Source: an uncultured Oscillospiraceae bacterium
GTDB taxonomy: Bacteria > Bacillota > Clostridia > Oscillospirales > Oscillospiraceae
NCBI GenBank assembly: GCA_964513605.1
Contig: CAZENN010000001.1
Span: forward strand, 12,559-76,558
Length of the DNA: 64,000 nucleotides
Reading direction: 5' to 3'
Shown here: positions 39,001 through 48,325 of the stretch, one piece after another
Layout of the letters: the number at the start of each line of letters is the position of its first letter
How positions within the stretch are numbered: position 1 is the stretch's first letter
The notes under the pieces: model-generated
Told to the model about the DNA's origin: nothing
Database searches by the model: none
The model's input: the letters and a program-made list of their open reading frames with translations, nothing else
Position numbers and translations under genes: made by a program

Positions 39001-42000
39001 GCAGTATACAGTCAGATTGGAAGCATATACGGATTACGGCGATGGCGGCTTGGAAACCAACGAGCGCAATGTATTTGAATTCCCACTCACCATCGATTTC
39101 GAGGCACCCACCATTACGGATGTGGAGTACTATTACGAGTACGATAAGACCCTAAAGAAAAACCGACTCTATGCAAAGGTTGGTATTTACGACAACCATT
39201 ATACAATGTGTTCCCAGATGGGTTACATTACAACAGGGGAAGATGATGAAGGGAACAGTGCCGCTGTTTTGAATGCATTTGAGCAGTATATGACACCGGT
39301 TTATTCTGAGTTTAACGGAACGACCTATGTAACCTTTGAGATGACGGATTATCTGTATGAAATCAAAGAGAATTCCCTCAATAAAAACACCTTTGTCATT
39401 ACCTGCTATGACTATGCGTTGAATCTTGCCACCTATGAGATCGGTCTTCCTGACGATTTCGTGGATTTCTACCTGGATGGATTGGATGAAGGTTTAACGT
39501 TGAGTTTAAATGAAGTGTACTCTTTGGAACCGCTGGTGTATCCGGATAGTGCATGGGGAGAGCTTCTGGAGATCACATCTTCCAGAGCAAGCGTGGTCCG
39601 TGTTGTCAATAACAAGCTGGTGGCCGGTTCTGCTGGAAGTGCCAATGTGAAGGTTCGCGATCCTGCCACCAACAAGAGTGTTACATTTAAGGTAACGGTA
39701 CTTGGTCCGGAGGATGAAGGGTATCGGCGTTTTGATAAGCCGGTGGCAGATGTTTTCCGCTTGACCGGATATGATACGCTGAAGGCGTATTATATGCTGG
39801 AAAGTAAAGATAAGAAGATCGGTGAGGCTGGAGACACGCGCTTCTTCGACGGTAAGTACGCTCTTTCCATGTATCCTTCTGAAACAGTCAGCCTGAACTA
39901 TGAATTGGTGTCCTATTTCCCCAATGACACCACTGTAGCCTACGAGACCAGTAATGAAAAGATTGTGACGATTACAGAAGATGGTGTTGTTACAGCAGTT
40001 GCAGAGGGATTTGCTTCCGTGACCATCAAGGTCATGATGGATGGAAAATCGACCTATTATTCCCAGACGGTTTCCGTTGAAGTACAGGATCCATATGTGA
40101 CAAACGGTGCGAGCCTGACGCATTATTATGGTAATGGCGGCGTTGTTGTGGTTCCTTCTGAGCTTTCTCTGACGGAAATTGGAAATTTCTCTTTTGCAAA
40201 CTTTGAGTATATTTTGAAGACAGAAGAAGAACTTGCCATCGACGATAGGGAAACCAGCAAACAGTGGTACATTGGCGATAATACCATTACCAAGGTGGTA
40301 CTGCCTGAGGGAATTAAAAAGATTGGTGCCTATGCATTTGCCAATCTGACAGCACTGGAAGAGGTCGTTCTGCCCTCGACGCTTCTGGAAATCGACTATG
40401 GTGCCTTCTATGGGTGCACCAGCCTGCAGAAGATAACCTTCAGCTCTGAAAATAATCTGAAGATCATAAACCAGAATGCGTTTGAAAAGTGCGACCTACA
40501 GGATACGGTGGATCTGTCCGCAGCCTGCGTTATTTCTGCCTATGCCTTTGCCGGTAATGAGGATCTGAAGGGGGTTGTTACCTCGGATGCACTTCTGTCT
40601 ATCGGTCAGTACGCTTTTGCCGGATGTAAAAATCTAAAGGATGTTACGATTGAGTCGTCTAAGGTAAAGTATGGAAATTATGCTTTTACAGGATGTAAGG
40701 CACTGACGTCCTTCTATGTTAATGCTTCGATCCTTCCTGAGGGCATGTTTTATGAGTGCGAGAACCTTGAAAAGGTGAGCATCGGTCCGGACATCAATGG
40801 TATTTCTCCCTTTGCGTTCCTGGATACAAATGTAAATGTTTTGGAAGTGACGGAGGGGAACAAAGCATTTAAGGTTCAGTCTGCTGACCATGTACTGTCT
40901 GCCGACGGAAAGACTTTGGTTGCAGTGGCTCCCTCTGTCGAAGGGGAGTTTAGAGCAGCGAACATTGGTGGTGCTGCCGTTACTACGGTCGGAAGTGGTG
41001 CATTCTCCCACAACACGAAAGTTACCTCGGTAATTTTACCTAGTGTAACTGTGGTCGGGGACTATGCCTTTGGTTCCTCAAAGAATATTGCCGCTGTTTC
41101 TCTGGGAAGCCTGACCCAAATCGGTGAGTATGCGTTCTTTGAAACCGGTATTACTCAGTTGCCAACTATTTCGGGAGAGACTCAAATTGGTAAATACGCC
41201 TTCTCTCATTCCGGACTGACTTCTGTTACCATTGCGGATAACACGGTCATTTCTGAGGGCGTATTCAGTGAGTGCCTGAAGCTGGAGAGTGTGACCATCG
41301 GAAATAATGTTACCATCGGCGATTTCGCGTTCTCTGTAGACAAAAATAATAGCTACACTGTGAAAAACTTTGATGAGGATGATGAAAAGTACTTCTACTA
41401 CGAGCTTGCCTCTGCACTGAAGTCTTTGACCATTGGCAGCAATGCGGATATTGGTAAGAATGCTTTTGCCGGAGCGGCCAGTTTGGAGACTGTGACTCTG
41501 GGCGAGAATGCCAAGATTGGCTATATGGCGTTCTACAACAACTGTAGCTTGAAGGAAATCAATTTGTCAAAGGTACAGGAGATTGGCGATTACGCTTTCT
41601 CCGGCGATGTCTATTACATTTGCTTGGATGATTCTATGACAGTGGCCGCTGTGGATAGAAATGGATACTACAGATACACCTACCATGGACCACAGCTGTC
41701 GAGAGTAGATTTGAGCAGTGCCGCAAGTATTGGCGCATATTCCTTTGCATACTGCCGTGATATGACGGAGGTTGTTTTAAACCCTGCCATTACTGAAATC
41801 CCAGAATATGCATTTGCAGGCTGTATTTCTCTGGTGACCATTGACCTGTCCAACATTACCAAAGTTGGGGATAATGCATTTATTGAGGATGAGGCTCTGG
41901 TTTCTGTCAATCTTATAAATGCTGAATCTGTTGGTGAGTTTGCCTTCGTTTATTGCGACAATCTGACGGATGTTGTGTTGAGCGAAGCCGGAACGGATAT

Positions 42001-43303
42001 TGCAGAAGGAGCCTTCTCGTACTGTGAGAAACTTAGCACTGTGGCAAATCTGAATTGCTGTAAGAATATTGATAGCTATGCTTTTGCGTATACAGCCATT
42101 ACCAGCATTGACCTGAGCGGTGCACAGAAACTGGGCGACTTCGTCTTTATGAAGGAAAACTTGACTCCGATCACGCTGAAGCTGGGAAATGGATTGAGTA
42201 CCATCGGGGATAATCCTTTCACTATGTGTACGCTTGAGCCTCTTTACACCGAAGAAGTGCTGAACTTTAATGGTACTGATTACAAAACCAAGATTTATAC
42301 CTACAACATTAGTGATACCGTTTTTGTGATCGAGGGCTCTTTGTACTGTCAGATCGAAACAGGGATGGAACTGATCGCTTATGCCGGAATGGAGAATGCT
42401 GAGGTTCAGGTTGCGGATAACACGGTGCGTATTGGCAGCTATGCCTTTGCCGGCAGTCAGGTCCAGATGGTCAAGCTGCCCTACACAGTTGCAACGATTG
42501 GACACAAGGCTTTCTACCAGTGCGATGAGCTGACGGCTGTTGAGTTTACCAGTTATGAAGCTCCCATTCTGGAAGAGGAATTCGACTCTGGATACTACGA
42601 ATCCATGGAGCATATGCCGGGTTCCGGTGACTTTGGGACCTACTTTGATTATGATGGCAATGAGGTGCATATTACCGGTATTGGTCTGGTGCCCTACTAT
42701 ATGTGGAACGCTACAGACGGTCTTTATTCCAATGTGTTCTATGGAGCGAACTTTGCAGAGTATATCGGCTATGTGGATAATAAGCTGACAATGATCCGTC
42801 CGGTCAATGGTCAGCACTATGACTCGTATATTTGGAATCAGTATTTTAATCTACACATCGATGGCGCAGCCGGGGCAGATGATGTGACCCTGAATGCCAT
42901 TGCGGCAATCAATAAAATTCCTGAACGTGTCGCCTATGAGGACAAGTCAATCGTTGAAGCAGCCAGAGCGGCCTATGCAAAGATTGCCACAACTCAACAG
43001 CAGGCACTGGTATCGAATTACGCTGTCCTTGCTGCGGCAGAGCAGAGAATTGTTGCCCTGACTCCCACTGAGGAAGAGTCTCAGGCGATAGATGACGAAG
43101 CCAAAGAGAACATGACTTGGCTTGCTTGGGTCGTGATTGGCTTGGGGGCTGTCGGTGTTGCGGCAGCGGTCACTATAGAGCTCTCGAAGAATAAGAAGCG
43201 GCGAAAGGCGGTAATTGAGCAACCTAGTCTACAGAAAAAGGAAAACGTACAGCAGGAACCGGCATCGACAGAGCCGGCTGAGCAACAAAAGACAGAAGAG
43301 TAA
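36050..43303 (+). CDS. Giant membrane-anchored S8 subtilase (C5a peptidase/cell-envelope proteinase-like) with PA, Fn3-like, Ig-like (Big_2) and BspA-type LRR domains
   Basis: Triad VLDTG (36686), HGTHV (36908), GTSMA (37868); PA domain GKIALVRRG..FEEK; many L..V.LP....IG.YAF..C repeats; C-terminal TM helix and KNKKRRK. Confidence 0.9.
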   Translation: MKMKSKVKVLRASFICLLVAAMTAGILAFPRSQASGYEASHIELIDNAPAANIQDYLDSSVMFQLSDKIGDDEDISVIITVDENNLMDAYEDTDKTMSFRDYALYSDASMTIQQSVAAQKTEILTTLTEKGIDFTTGHEYATLLSGFEIVIKARDFEATCQSLGDGQGIIVSEVYEQADTQLVENEVNVFDTGIFDTTGSVYDGSGMVVAVLDTGLDSNHSAFSVENFTSDTLGLTYEDVAAVVSQTTAYKQFGTLTVDDVYINEKVPFGFDYADNDPDVYSTHNNHGTHVSGVIVGKDDVITGAAPNAQLVSMKIFSDVVDTARASWILSALEDCVVLGVDVINMSLGTACGFGRESDEEVMNGVYDKIRNAGITVIAAASNSYNSSYGSEKNGNLPLTSNPDSGTVGSPSTYDGVLSVASISGEETPYLMYGERIIYFTEANSGSAEELDFVETLLGDQETLEIGYVLIPGVGRSADYTGLDITGKIALVRRGDNTFEEKAMIAEAQGAAGILIYNNVSGDIKMNVGDAKLAVCSISQDDGEALAAAGSGTIKLSKAQTSGPFISDFSSWGPTPSLGIKPEITAHGGNILSSVTGGGYDRLSGTSMACPNLAGLAILLRQYVTENFSEIADDPVQVAAMVNKLMMSTADIALNTNGLPYSVRKQGAGLANLFGALETPAYITTYDSEGNEMDTPKLELGDDPEKSGVYEMSFTVENFGSSVLSYNIGSYVMTEGVSDTKTNAGETTVTEEAYLLGGADVQICDVSGGTLSEKTLTVAAGESAKVTVKITLSDADKEYLNKSFANGMYVEGYITLTASSGTDVDLSVPYLAFYGDWNQAPLFDMEYYETNADELDDAIPVEDKVMPDAYATRPIGGVYDDYVSYLGTYYFLQNPEDIVIPAQKNHISLSNQEGTIHSLRYVWAGLLRNASKVVITITNDATGELIYETTDYDVRKSYGDGGSIYPANIEVDFDTTQFNLPNNSQYTVRLEAYTDYGDGGLETNERNVFEFPLTIDFEAPTITDVEYYYEYDKTLKKNRLYAKVGIYDNHYTMCSQMGYITTGEDDEGNSAAVLNAFEQYMTPVYSEFNGTTYVTFEMTDYLYEIKENSLNKNTFVITCYDYALNLATYEIGLPDDFVDFYLDGLDEGLTLSLNEVYSLEPLVYPDSAWGELLEITSSRASVVRVVNNKLVAGSAGSANVKVRDPATNKSVTFKVTVLGPEDEGYRRFDKPVADVFRLTGYDTLKAYYMLESKDKKIGEAGDTRFFDGKYALSMYPSETVSLNYELVSYFPNDTTVAYETSNEKIVTITEDGVVTAVAEGFASVTIKVMMDGKSTYYSQTVSVEVQDPYVTNGASLTHYYGNGGVVVVPSELSLTEIGNFSFANFEYILKTEEELAIDDRETSKQWYIGDNTITKVVLPEGIKKIGAYAFANLTALEEVVLPSTLLEIDYGAFYGCTSLQKITFSSENNLKIINQNAFEKCDLQDTVDLSAACVISAYAFAGNEDLKGVVTSDALLSIGQYAFAGCKNLKDVTIESSKVKYGNYAFTGCKALTSFYVNASILPEGMFYECENLEKVSIGPDINGISPFAFLDTNVNVLEVTEGNKAFKVQSADHVLSADGKTLVAVAPSVEGEFRAANIGGAAVTTVGSGAFSHNTKVTSVILPSVTVVGDYAFGSSKNIAAVSLGSLTQIGEYAFFETGITQLPTISGETQIGKYAFSHSGLTSVTIADNTVISEGVFSECLKLESVTIGNNVTIGDFAFSVDKNNSYTVKNFDEDDEKYFYYELASALKSLTIGSNADIGKNAFAGAASLETVTLGENAKIGYMAFYNNCSLKEINLSKVQEIGDYAFSGDVYYICLDDSMTVAAVDRNGYYRYTYHGPQLSRVDLSSAASIGAYSFAYCRDMTEVVLNPAITEIPEYAFAGCISLVTIDLSNITKVGDNAFIEDEALVSVNLINAESVGEFAFVYCDNLTDVVLSEAGTDIAEGAFSYCEKLSTVANLNCCKNIDSYAFAYTAITSIDLSGAQKLGDFVFMKENLTPITLKLGNGLSTIGDNPFTMCTLEPLYTEEVLNFNGTDYKTKIYTYNISDTVFVIEGSLYCQIETGMELIAYAGMENAEVQVADNTVRIGSYAFAGSQVQMVKLPYTVATIGHKAFYQCDELTAVEFTSYEAPILEEEFDSGYYESMEHMPGSGDFGTYFDYDGNEVHITGIGLVPYYMWNATDGLYSNVFYGANFAEYIGYVDNKLTMIRPVNGQHYDSYIWNQYFNLHIDGAAGADDVTLNAIAAINKIPERVAYEDKSIVEAARAAYAKIATTQQQALVSNYAVLAAAEQRIVALTPTEEESQAIDDEAKENMTWLAWVVIGLGAVGVAAAVTIELSKNKKRRKAVIEQPSLQKKENVQQEPASTEPAEQQKTEE

Positions 43304-43314
43304 TTTACCCCATC

Positions 43315-43342
43315 GGGAAAAGCCACGGTTGTGGCTTTTCCC
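43315..43342 (+). other. Intergenic stem-loop without a U-tract
   Basis: gggaaaagccac-ggtt-gtggcttttccc. Confidence 0.6.
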
Positions 43343-43377
43343 AGTCAAATCCACAATGTAAAGGATGATGCTGAAAA

Positions 43378-44703
43378 ATGAATTTCAAGATGAAAGCCCT
43401 CCTGCTGATGATCGTTTTCCTTATGGGCATGGCAATTATCAGCGGTTGCGCCCAGCAGGAAACGCCTTACCAGATCAATGATCAACAAAATTATAATGTG
43501 AGTGTGAAATATGATGCGAACGGCGGATTGTTCGCTGATAATACCTCTATAGTTGTGGATTCCTATAATATTTCTGAAATTCAGAAAAATGGAAACGGTG
43601 AGGTTGAGATTGCACTGCTCTCGCCGGATGATTCAAGACGCGGTGTGGATGCATTTCAGGCGACAAAGAATGGATATTTTCTGGCAGGTTGGTATTCGGA
43701 ACGGACAGAAATCACTGATGATACAGGTGATACCAGCTATACATATTCCGGAAAGTGGGATTTTGAAACAGAGCGATTGAAGCTGGAAGCCGATGGAAGT
43801 TATTCCGCCGAAGAACCGCAGCTGACCCTTTATGCAGTATGGGTGCCTTTGTTAGAGGTGAATTTTTACAACCGCGCCGATGGTGAATTGCTGTCTACCA
43901 TGGTCCTGGATCCTACGATCTCCTGTGACATTCTTACACCGCAGTGGAACACGGAGACCGGAGCGATTCAGATGAATAGTTTCCCTGAGCTGAAGGGATA
44001 TACCTTCAACGGTGCTTATTTTGATGAGCAGGCGAATGAGCCGATAACCTCATCGGTGATCACGCACCCTGGAAAAGTAGATTATTCCACCGGAACAGTC
44101 AAAGATAGCACCTTAAACCTGTATATTGATTGGAAGGAAGGTGAGTGGTTCCGTATCTTCACTGCAGAGCAATTTGTAGATAATGCCAGTATCAACGGAA
44201 ATTACATCATTGAAGCGGATCTGGACTTTTCGGAAGAAACGTGGCCGACCAAGCTGATGCATGGAAATTTTGCCGGAACCATTCAGGGAAACGGGTATAT
44301 TTTCAAAAATGTAAAGGCAAGTCAGACGGATAATTCCAAGGTCAATTCCGGCTTGTTTGGTAATCTTACTGAAAAGGCAGTGATCAGTGATCTGACCTTT
44401 GAAAATGCGACGTTTACTATCGAGCGCGGCACTCGTGTCAGGGGGGCAAGCTTTGGCTTGTTTGCCGGAACGATTTCTGATGCCGCACAGTTGACAAATG
44501 TAAAGATTATGGACAGCGTTTTACAAATTGACTCCGGAGCCTATTTTGGTTCGGATGATTATTTGATTGGACTGATTTGTGGCATGGGTCCCGCCGAGAA
44601 AATCGAAACTGGTAACATTTTATGTATTGCCGTAGGCGATACCCCGGAAACCGTTACGATCACCATTAGCGATCAGGTCGTTACTCTGGAAAATGTAGGC
44701 TAA
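43378..44703 (+). CDS. Lipoprotein with InlB B-repeat-like domains and a GLUG-like beta-helical C-terminus
   Basis: Lipobox ISGC; VKYDANGG..KNGYFLAGWY..LTLYAVW; FAGTIQGNGY..SGLFG..ISDLTF. Confidence 0.65.
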   Translation: MNFKMKALLLMIVFLMGMAIISGCAQQETPYQINDQQNYNVSVKYDANGGLFADNTSIVVDSYNISEIQKNGNGEVEIALLSPDDSRRGVDAFQATKNGYFLAGWYSERTEITDDTGDTSYTYSGKWDFETERLKLEADGSYSAEEPQLTLYAVWVPLLEVNFYNRADGELLSTMVLDPTISCDILTPQWNTETGAIQMNSFPELKGYTFNGAYFDEQANEPITSSVITHPGKVDYSTGTVKDSTLNLYIDWKEGEWFRIFTAEQFVDNASINGNYIIEADLDFSEETWPTKLMHGNFAGTIQGNGYIFKNVKASQTDNSKVNSGLFGNLTEKAVISDLTFENATFTIERGTRVRGASFGLFAGTISDAAQLTNVKIMDSVLQIDSGAYFGSDDYLIGLICGMGPAEKIETGNILCIAVGDTPETVTITISDQVVTLENVG

Positions 44704-44730
44704 TTTAATTTAAAATAAAGGAGCGTCACT

Positions 44731-47307
44731 ATGAAAAAGAGAATTTTGGCAATGACCTTGTGTTTAGTCATGTGTCTGGGCATGGTCGGCATATTTTGCG
44801 GATGTGGTTCAGATACGGAAAAAGTGGATGCCTTCGTCATTATGACGGAGCAGTTGGATGGTCTTTTTAATCCCTTCTTCTCCACCTCTGCCCCTGACGG
44901 TAACATTGTGGCTATGACTCAGATTGGTATGCTTTCATCCAAGTATGTCGATGGAAAGGTCGAGGTCGCATATGGCGATAATGAGGCCGTGGTTGTTAAG
45001 GATTACGACATCACCGACAACGATGGAAATACCACCTATACATTCGTTCTGAAAAATGGGATTCTGTTCTCTGACGGACATCCGCTGACCATGGAGGACG
45101 TACTCTTTAACTACTATGTGTACCTGGACCCTGTATATACTGGTTCTTCCACGCTGTATTCCACCGACATTGTAGGTTTGTCTGAGTACCGTACCCAGAC
45201 GGTTGGATCTTCCACCGATGATAGCGATAGTATGATCACTTCCCAGGCTTCTGATCGAGCACAGGCTCGTATCAATGAGCTGATGAACCTGTATCTTGCC
45301 AAGAGAGACAGCTCCGCTACCAATGAAGTGAGCTATGATGATATGAAGGCCGCGCTTCAGGAGCACTCCCTCAGCTCCGGCTACCAGACAGCGATCTCCA
45401 ATGATGCTTCTTCTGTTACTACGGCGCAGCTGGCTGACGACTACGACTACACGTTGAAGCTGTTTAAAGAAGAGCTGCAAACTGACTACAAAAGTGCTCA
45501 GGAATCTTATATCGACGAGCCTTATAAGTCCCATGAGGAGTTCAATGATCCTATTTTCTGTTTCATGTACACAGAGGGATATGTTGATGTAAAGTATGCC
45601 GAAGGTGCTGATGGTAAGATTGACCGCACCAGCATCGAAACCTTGACACCTCAGTATCCTTCCACTATCACCACTGAGGAAGCAGCCATTGACTATGTCT
45701 ACAATGATAAGCTGGCTTGTGAACTGGATTCGATTCTTCTGTACTGGTCTACTGCTGGTACCTTGGCCACTGAGTATACCGCCAAGGCTAAGGAAGTTAT
45801 CCTTCATGAGAATGTTTCTGACGACGGTACTCTGGCTGTCCAGAATATTTCCGGCATCGTTTCTCTGGGACATACTGATGCTGCCGGCACTACCATTAAC
45901 GTCAACGGAACCGATTATAAGATTGCTTCCGGGCATAACGAAGACGGTACTGTTACAAATGCCGATGAATATGATGTGCTGCAGATCACCATTGATGGAA
46001 TTGACCCCAAGGCAATCTGGAACTTCGCTATTTCTGTTGCGCCTCAGCATTACTACGGCGAGGGAAGCTCCGTGGGGATGGATATCACCAACAATCAGTT
46101 CGGTGTGGAATTTGCGTCTTTTGATTTCATGACGGATATCGTCCAGTCTCCCAGAAATATAAAGCTGCCCATGGGTGCCGGTTCCTATAAGGTTACGGAT
46201 TCCAGCAACAGCGATACTCCGGCTGAAAGTGCCTTCTTTACCAACAATGTTGTTTATTTTAAGTCCAATGAATACTTCCATACAGTTGGAACCGGAATCG
46301 AAAATGCAAAGATCGAGAAGATCCGCTATCAGGTGGTCAGTTCTTCCAACTCCATTGCAGCGCTGGAGAGCGGCTCCGTCCACTACATTTCTCCCTCTTT
46401 GACTGCCGACAACTATGACAAGCTCAATGCAATGAAGGATGACGGCATTGTTTCCATTACAACCGATCAGCTGGGCTATGGTTATGTGGGCATCAACTCA
46501 TCTAAGGTCACCGATATCAATTTGCGCAAGGCCATCATGTCTGCCATGAATACATCTCTGGCTCTGGACTACTACCGTGCCGGTACAGCTTCCCGCATTT
46601 TCTGGCCCATGTCCAAGGTCAGCTGGGCTTATCCTGAGGGCACCGATGCTGATGACAACGGCATTGGTTATCCCCAGATTGGTAACTGGAATGAGCAATT
46701 GGCCATTGACACCATTGAAAACTATATGCAGGAAGCTGGCGTCAGTGCCGGTGATTCTTCCTTGAAATACACCTTTACCATTGCAGGTTCCAATCTCCAA
46801 GATCACCCCACCTATAAAGTGTTCCGTGATGCTGCCGCACTGCTCAATAGCTTGGGCTGGGACGTGGAGGTTGTATGTGATACCCAAGCTCTGACTAAGA
46901 TTGCCACAGGCTCTCTTGAGGTTTGGGCGGCTGCTTGGTCCTCTGCACTGGACCCTGATATGTATCAGGTCTACCACAAGGATTCCAGTGCCACCAGTAC
47001 ACTTGCTTGGGGCTACAACTACCTGAAGAACAGTGGTACAGCTGAGGAAATGGACATTCTGAACGAATTGAGTGACTACATCGATCAGGCTCGTGAGACT
47101 AACGATCAGGCTGCTCGTGCAGATCTGTATAAGAAGGCGATGGAGCAGGTTCTGGAATTGGCTGTTGAGCTGCCGGTTTATCAGCGCAGCGTTCTGTATG
47201 CCTACAACTCAAAAGTGATCAAGGCTGACAGCATACCTACTGAGTCTGAGATAAATCCCTATTCTTCGCCTTTGGATCGCATCTGGGAAATCGAGTTTGC
47301 TGCATAA
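44731..47307 (+). CDS. oppA: Oligopeptide ABC transporter substrate-binding lipoprotein (family 5), enlarged
   Basis: Lipobox; YTFVLKNGILFSDGHPLTMEDV, PMGAGSYK, LRKAIM. Confidence 0.85.
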   Translation: MKKRILAMTLCLVMCLGMVGIFCGCGSDTEKVDAFVIMTEQLDGLFNPFFSTSAPDGNIVAMTQIGMLSSKYVDGKVEVAYGDNEAVVVKDYDITDNDGNTTYTFVLKNGILFSDGHPLTMEDVLFNYYVYLDPVYTGSSTLYSTDIVGLSEYRTQTVGSSTDDSDSMITSQASDRAQARINELMNLYLAKRDSSATNEVSYDDMKAALQEHSLSSGYQTAISNDASSVTTAQLADDYDYTLKLFKEELQTDYKSAQESYIDEPYKSHEEFNDPIFCFMYTEGYVDVKYAEGADGKIDRTSIETLTPQYPSTITTEEAAIDYVYNDKLACELDSILLYWSTAGTLATEYTAKAKEVILHENVSDDGTLAVQNISGIVSLGHTDAAGTTINVNGTDYKIASGHNEDGTVTNADEYDVLQITIDGIDPKAIWNFAISVAPQHYYGEGSSVGMDITNNQFGVEFASFDFMTDIVQSPRNIKLPMGAGSYKVTDSSNSDTPAESAFFTNNVVYFKSNEYFHTVGTGIENAKIEKIRYQVVSSSNSIAALESGSVHYISPSLTADNYDKLNAMKDDGIVSITTDQLGYGYVGINSSKVTDINLRKAIMSAMNTSLALDYYRAGTASRIFWPMSKVSWAYPEGTDADDNGIGYPQIGNWNEQLAIDTIENYMQEAGVSAGDSSLKYTFTIAGSNLQDHPTYKVFRDAAALLNSLGWDVEVVCDTQALTKIATGSLEVWAAAWSSALDPDMYQVYHKDSSATSTLAWGYNYLKNSGTAEEMDILNELSDYIDQARETNDQAARADLYKKAMEQVLELAVELPVYQRSVLYAYNSKVIKADSIPTESEINPYSSPLDRIWEIEFAA

Positions 47308-47322
47308 CAATCGGGGTGGATT

Positions 47323-48315
47323 ATGTTAAAATACATTGCGAAGCGTTTGGCGTATGCAATATTGATTCTGCTTGGCGTTTCCATGATCATCTACTTCCTG
47401 ATCCGGCTCATGCCCGTCGACTTTATCCAAAGTAAAGTCGACGCCATGAACCAGGGTGGCGCTACAGTCCCTCAGGAGACTGTGGATGCAATGTATGAAA
47501 TGTACGGGCTGGGCGATAACAGCTTTTGGGGCATTCTGAAAGGATACTTCAGTTGGCTTGGAGCCCTGGTACGATTTGATCTTGGCATCAGCTTTAAGCA
47601 TGCGCTTCCGGTATCACAGGTGATCGCAGAGCATATGGGAGTTTCCTTTGCGGTATCTCTGATTGCTACTATTTTTGAGTTTATGATTGCTATTCCTTTG
47701 GGGATTACAGCGGCTACTCATCAGTACAGCTTCCGGGATTATGTTGTAACCGTTTTGGTCATGATCGGAATTTCCTTGCCGTCCTTCTTCTTTGGAAATA
47801 TTTTGAAGGATCTTTTGGCATTGAAGCTTGGGTGGTTTGAACCTTCCGGTATGGTCAATGCCAGCGTGTCTGCAACCGGTTTCGCACTCTTTATTGACTA
47901 TGCAAGGCACCTATTCATTCCGATATTAACCATTGTAATACTTAGCATAGGTGCCCGAATGCGGATGACAAGAACTAATATGCTGGAGGTTATGAATTCT
48001 GATTATATCAGAACAGCTCGCGCAAAGGGACTGAAGGAGAGCGTGGTTATCAATAAGCACGCTTTCCGCAATACTCTGATTCCGCTGGTAACTTCTCTGG
48101 CTGGCTTGCTGCCATCCCTGTTTTCCGGTGCGATTATCACAGAGCAGGTCTTCAATCTGCCCGGTATTGGTAATATTGCTCTGGATGCCATGAACCAGGG
48201 GGACATCCCCTTCATTATGGGGTATAACATGTTCCTGGCACTTCTGAGCGTGCTTGGTGTGCTCCTTGCGGACCTAATGTATGCTGTAGTAGATCCCAGA
48301 GTGAAGTTGGAGTGA
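47323..48315 (+). CDS. oppB: Oligopeptide ABC transporter permease
   Basis: MLKYIAKRL, DYIRTARAKGL, ITEQVF.LPGIG, VDPR. Confidence 0.93.
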   Translation: MLKYIAKRLAYAILILLGVSMIIYFLIRLMPVDFIQSKVDAMNQGGATVPQETVDAMYEMYGLGDNSFWGILKGYFSWLGALVRFDLGISFKHALPVSQVIAEHMGVSFAVSLIATIFEFMIAIPLGITAATHQYSFRDYVVTVLVMIGISLPSFFFGNILKDLLALKLGWFEPSGMVNASVSATGFALFIDYARHLFIPILTIVILSIGARMRMTRTNMLEVMNSDYIRTARAKGLKESVVINKHAFRNTLIPLVTSLAGLLPSLFSGAIITEQVFNLPGIGNIALDAMNQGDIPFIMGYNMFLALLSVLGVLLADLMYAVVDPRVKLE

Positions 48316-48325
48316 GGAGGTACAT

